Shown piece by piece: positions 59,999 through 64,000 of a stretch of 64,000 nucleotides of DNA. The notes under the pieces were generated by a model. That model was not told the DNA's origin and did no database searches. It was given only the letters and a program-made list of their open reading frames with translations. Within the stretch, counting starts at the first letter, position 1, and the number at the start of each line of letters is the position of its first letter. The DNA is taken from the NCBI GenBank assembly GCA_963798485.1, contig CAWCTR010000020.1, positions 32,001 to 96,000 of the forward strand. The letters run 5' to 3'. The DNA comes from an uncultured delta proteobacterium. Lineage in GTDB: Bacteria > Desulfobacterota > Desulfomonilia > UBA1062. Both the position numbers and the translations under genes were made by a program.

Positions 59999-61357
59999 TT
60001 AACGGGCTTTTCTTATCTTCAGGGATTCCGGGCTTGGAGTTTCTTTACAACAGGACACAAAGCAGTTTCTCTTTTCTTTTGCCTTGTACATGGCGCAGTC
60101 GGCATTCTTCAGGAGGATATCCGCATCCTGTCCATCTTCAGGATAGGTGCTGGCACCTATACTTGGTGTCACAAAATCAATCTTAATACCTTGGATAGTA
60201 TAGGGTTTTGATAAAGTCTTTAGAATCCTTGCAGCAACCTTTTCAAGATTGGTCTTTATAGGACCGCCAAGAATTATGGTGAATTCATCCCCCCCCAGCC
60301 TGCTTACGTAGTCCGTATCACGAAGGATCTCAGTCAGACGTGTCGCTACCTGCATAAGCAGCTTGTCACCCACTTCATGGCCATAGACATCGTTAACCTT
60401 CTTGAAGTGGTCAAGGTCTATGAACAGGACTGACCTTACGTTCTCATAACGTTTGGCCTCACGGAGTACCTCGTCCAACTTTTCAAGAAAGGCCTTGCGG
60501 TTATGCAGTCCGGTCAGCGCATCGTGGTAAGCCAGGTATGCAAGCTCGTGTTCTGTTTTCTTGCGATCAGTGATATCCCTGACTATACCGCAGAAACCGA
60601 CAGGGTCTCCGTCCCTGTTTCGCTGGAGAGAAACTGACGCCTCGACATACATTGCTGATCCATCGTTCCTGACAAGTTCCCAGTCAAATGATTTGGTGGG
60701 AGTGCCGGAAACAAAGACATTGTGAAACGTTTCGAATACGCGCTTCGCATTGGCATCATCGACATATTTCTTATAGCTGAGCCCAACGCACTCATCGTAT
60801 GCATACCCGAGTTGTTGTGGGATGTTGTCGTTAAAGAAGGTAAAGCTTCCCCCAAGATCCACTTCAAAATATCCATCCTCAATAGAATCAAGGATTGACC
60901 GGAACCTTATCTCGCTCTCAATGAGGGCCTGTTCGGTCTCCAGCATATCAGTTACATCCCGTGCAATACCCTGGATGGTCTTGGTACCATCGGGATACTC
61001 GGCAATGTAGTTCTTGTGCTCGACAATACGCTTCCGGCCTGTCTTTGCAACCAGCTGGATGAGCCCCTCATCGCGCCCATGTTCAACTACCCTGCTTAGA
61101 TAACTATGAAACTGCTTCTGATACTTTTCCGCTAAAAGGTCTTTTACGTTATGACCAACCATTTCTTCTCTGCTGTAACCCAGAAAACCCACAAACCGGG
61201 GGCTAATACCAACAAAGACACCATTAAGATCATGTTCAAAGATGAACTCGTTTACACTGTTGTAAATTTCAGTACATATTTCCGAACTGTTACAGGACGC
61301 CCTGTTGACTTGGTCGATCTTTTGAGCGATCTCCTCATAGATAAGCTTGTCGAACAA
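59999..61357 (-). CDS. PAS-PAS diguanylate cyclase
   Basis: Two PAS domains, YHDALTGL, intact GGDEF with RxxD I-site (RDTD). Confidence 0.93.
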   Translation of the reverse strand: MFDKLIYEEIAQKIDQVNRASCNSSEICTEIYNSVNEFIFEHDLNGVFVGISPRFVGFLGYSREEMVGHNVKDLLAEKYQKQFHSYLSRVVEHGRDEGLIQLVAKTGRKRIVEHKNYIAEYPDGTKTIQGIARDVTDMLETEQALIESEIRFRSILDSIEDGYFEVDLGGSFTFFNDNIPQQLGYAYDECVGLSYKKYVDDANAKRVFETFHNVFVSGTPTKSFDWELVRNDGSAMYVEASVSLQRNRDGDPVGFCGIVRDITDRKKTEHELAYLAYHDALTGLHNRKAFLEKLDEVLREAKRYENVRSVLFIDLDHFKKVNDVYGHEVGDKLLMQVATRLTEILRDTDYVSRLGGDEFTIILGGPIKTNLEKVAARILKTLSKPYTIQGIKIDFVTPSIGASTYPEDGQDADILLKNADCAMYKAKEKRNCFVSCCKETPSPESLKIRKAR

Positions 61358-61596
61358 TTTACATCACTCCCTGGTTAGGGCATGGATTACAGTTAAATAA
61401 AAGCACACTGACCCCTAACATCCGCATAAAATGGACAATGCCTTCAGATTCATCTTAAGTCTCCTGCAATTTTATACATCGCAATCGTAATTTGTATCGG
61501 AAAAACAATATTAAAAGATTATGATTTTTCATGATATCGTTAATAAGAAGACATTGCTCCCCTTGACTTGGCACGTATGGGGCTTATCATAGAGGG

Positions 61597-61670
61597 CAAG
61601 CCTTGGGATTACATTTCAAAGGGAATATTCCCATAGACCCTCGCTTGAAATGTACCCGAGGCTTTCTTTG
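61597..61670 (+). ncRNA. Candidate small structured RNA
   Basis: TTGACT-N16-TATCAT promoter followed by a ~20-bp stem and T-rich tail; no ORF. Confidence 0.35.
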
Positions 61671-61687
61671 AAGATGGTGTTTATCTA

Positions 61688-62005
61688 TTATTTATCACGG
61701 TGGGGTTTGCGATCCATTTCGTAATGGGCATCAAGGATCTTCTTGACTGTAGATCCCTTCTTTTTAAGGACTTTGGAACCACGGGTGATCTTGCACAGAC
61801 TGATCCGGTATCGTGATGCGATGCTCCTCTGGGTCTGGCCGTCATAGAGCTCTTTAAGGAGTTGCCATCTCAAGGTAAGGTCGCGGAGTTCTTTTTGTGT
61901 AAAGATCTCCTCGAAGAGGGTAACCATCTCCTGATAATCCATGATCTCGGCAAAGACCTTTTCAAGCTCATGTGCCGGATCCTTGGTGATCTTGCCTGTT
62001 GACAT
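61688..62005 (-). CDS. trpR: Trp repressor family protein
   Basis: T.KE..DL.LRWQL..TQRSIA....SLCKITRGS. Confidence 0.8.
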   Translation of the reverse strand: MSTGKITKDPAHELEKVFAEIMDYQEMVTLFEEIFTQKELRDLTLRWQLLKELYDGQTQRSIASRYRISLCKITRGSKVLKKKGSTVKKILDAHYEMDRKPHRDK

Positions 62006-62128
62006 AACAAAAGACGTAACTGAAAGGCCATGGTGCTGTCAAAGATTTTTTACCTGCATTGATAACTAGGATGTATTATATCCATTCCCTAGTGAATAAA
62101 TACAATTCCATAACTTAAGGATATTTAT

Positions 62129-62884
62129 ATGAAACTGATCTCATGGAATGTTAACGGCCTCAGGGCAGCCCTCAAGAATAACTTCATCGAAAGTGTTAAA
62201 GACATGAAACCGGATATCCTGTGCCTTCAGGAGACCCGGGTCTCCAGGCATGAGATTAATGTTGACCTTAATGGCTATCAACAGTATTTCAACAGCGCGA
62301 AAAAAAGGGGATATTCCGGAACTGCCGTCTTCAGCACTAGCCCACCCGAATCCGTAACCTACGGATTAGGCATAGACGAGCATGACAGCGAAGGCCGTGT
62401 CATTACCCTTGAATTCAAAGACTTTCAACTGGTGAATGTCTACACCCCCAATGCCCAGCATAAGCTCTTACGCCTCGATTACCGCCAGAAATGGGACGCT
62501 GATTTCCATTCGTTTATAAAGGAACTGGATCACAAAAAGCCCGTGATCTTCTGTGGCGACCTGAACGTAGCACACAAGGAGATCGACCTTAAAAACCCCA
62601 AGTCCAACCAGCACAACCCCGGGTTCACCATCGAAGAGAGGCGTGGCCTTGACAGGTACATTGAAAGCGGCTTCATCGATACCTTCCGTGAGTTCAACCA
62701 GGAGTCAGGCAACTATACATGGTGGTCTTACCGGTTCAATGCCAGGGCTAAAAACATTGGGTGGCGCATCGACTACTTCTGCATCTCAAAGGAGCTCAGG
62801 CCGCGGCTCAAGGACGCCTTCATCCTCAAGGATGTCATGGGTTCCGACCATTGCCCTGTTGGGATTATCCTGGAAGAACCCTAG
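62129..62884 (+). CDS. xth: Exodeoxyribonuclease III
   Basis: SWNVNGLRA, LQET, GYSG, GDLNVAH, YTWWSYR, GWRIDY, SDHCP. Confidence 0.96.
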   Translation: MKLISWNVNGLRAALKNNFIESVKDMKPDILCLQETRVSRHEINVDLNGYQQYFNSAKKRGYSGTAVFSTSPPESVTYGLGIDEHDSEGRVITLEFKDFQLVNVYTPNAQHKLLRLDYRQKWDADFHSFIKELDHKKPVIFCGDLNVAHKEIDLKNPKSNQHNPGFTIEERRGLDRYIESGFIDTFREFNQESGNYTWWSYRFNARAKNIGWRIDYFCISKELRPRLKDAFILKDVMGSDHCPVGIILEEP

Positions 62885-63324
62885 AGTGTTTCCTCTGATT
62901 CAGCAACCTCACCGCACCATGAGAGGATCTTATCTCGGATGGAGTCCCTGATCTGCCTTAATTGTTCTATCTTCTCATCTTCAGTCCCTGTCAGATTTGA
63001 TGGATCAGGAAAACTCCAGTGTATCTGTTTGATGAGCCCGAGGAATACAGGACACTGCTCGGCACTAGCCTGGTCGCATACGGTGATAATGTAGGAAAAT
63101 ACCTCGCCTGTTTTATAGACATCAAAGACACTCCTGGGCTTGTTATCTGAGATGTCGATCCCTGCTTCGTGCATTACCTTTACAACCTGCGGCGTTACTT
63201 CCTTGGCCGGGGTAATGCCGGCACTCTCTGCCAGAAACCTGTCGCCACAGAGGTGGTTCAAAAAGCCTTGGGCCATCTGGCTCCTGCCACTGTTATGCAC
63301 ACATACAAAGAGAACTTTTCTCAT
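62881..63324 (-). CDS. arsC: Arsenate reductase / LMW-PTPase family
   Basis: FVCVHNSGRSQMA, ITVCD, CP, HWSFPDP. Confidence 0.88.
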   Translation of the reverse strand: MRKVLFVCVHNSGRSQMAQGFLNHLCGDRFLAESAGITPAKEVTPQVVKVMHEAGIDISDNKPRSVFDVYKTGEVFSYIITVCDQASAEQCPVFLGLIKQIHWSFPDPSNLTGTEDEKIEQLRQIRDSIRDKILSWCGEVAESEETL

Positions 63325-63353
63325 AGGTTTTACTACCTTAACTGATTATTCTT

Positions 63354-64000
63354 CTACCGGCTGAACTTCTCTCGTTCCACAGTATCAGGCGCCACACCAA
63401 GCTTCTGGAGATCATTGAGCGCAGATTCCATCATGGGCGGCGGGCCGCAAAGGTAAAAGGCTGCATCCCTGCCAACACCGTGCATCTTCAGAATATCTTC
63501 ATTTAAGCGGCCCTTTTCGTAAAAAACATTGGGGTAGAGTATATCAACATACCTGTTCACATCGTCATCACGGCTCAGGCAGTGAACAACATTAAGGCTG
63601 AGTTCCCTGGACATCTGTTTTATCTCATCCGAAGAAAAAATATCATCGCTGGTCTTGTTGGCCCAGAAGAGTATTACCTTGTTAGGCGCCTTGATATTCC
63701 TGAAGTGCCGGAGCACACTCAAGAACGGTGTTATGCCTACTCCTCCGGCGATCATGACAATGGAGGGCTTCGCATCGATATCCTTGCAGAACACCCCTAA
63801 AGGTCCCATGCACTTCACCGGTGCACCCGGCTTCAGGTCGCCGATGGCCGAAGTAAACTTGCCTTCCTTTTTGATTGTCAGGTGTAGCAAGGCATCTTCA
63901 GGAGCCCCTGAGATCGTGAACGGATGAGGCTCGCTCCAGCCTTCAGGCCTCATGATTCGAATGGAGGCATACTGTCCGGCCTTTCTGAGCATAAATCCTT
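63354..64000 (-). CDS. Ferredoxin-NADP reductase-type FAD/NAD-binding oxidoreductase (5' partial)
   Basis: HPFTIS, GPLG.F, IAGGVGITPF, YLCGPPPM; frame continues past the window end. Confidence 0.88.
   Translation of the reverse strand, partial: GFMLRKAGQYASIRIMRPEGWSEPHPFTISGAPEDALLHLTIKKEGKFTSAIGDLKPGAPVKCMGPLGVFCKDIDAKPSIVMIAGGVGITPFLSVLRHFRNIKAPNKVILFWANKTSDDIFSSDEIKQMSRELSLNVVHCLSRDDDVNRYVDILYPNVFYEKGRLNEDILKMHGVGRDAAFYLCGPPPMMESALNDLQKLGVAPDTVEREKFSR

Overview
Bacterial chromosomal window. Gene content suggests an anaerobic Desulfobacterota/Deltaproteobacteria-type organism (inference). Most of it is housekeeping and signalling: two PAS/GAF histidine kinases with a RR, RR-HD-GYP and HDOD cluster, the pheA-hisC-tyrA-aroA-cmk operon, pcnB/yacG, CIRCE-controlled groESL, an acyl-CoA dehydratase activase, pcm, hisH, lspA, queH, tupABC, wrbA, etfBA with an acyl-CoA dehydrogenase, a diguanylate cyclase, trpR-like, xth and arsC. 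There are two tRNA-Pro genes (GGG and CGG). The standout is 27051-36051, an integrase-free tandem array of short cargo units behind tRNA-Pro(CGG). Each unit is bounded by a copy of the tRNA 3' end, and two share a ~104-bp att-like arm. A second, tRNA-Leu(CAA)-type element is nested inside. The cargo is almost all defence/toxin-antitoxin type: RelBE, a DUF4143 AAA ATPase, a primase-helicase-PLD fusion and AbiEi/AbiEii. A second helicase copy is cut off exactly at an att core. Other candidates are a metallophosphoesterase-Pol beta nucleotidyltransferase fusion, a single-subunit Mo/W storage protein near tupABC, a kinase-less Hpt-CheW protein, a passenger-less inverse autotransporter barrel and a promoter-fronted hairpin sRNA candidate. 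All calls come from reading motifs by eye; no database search was run.
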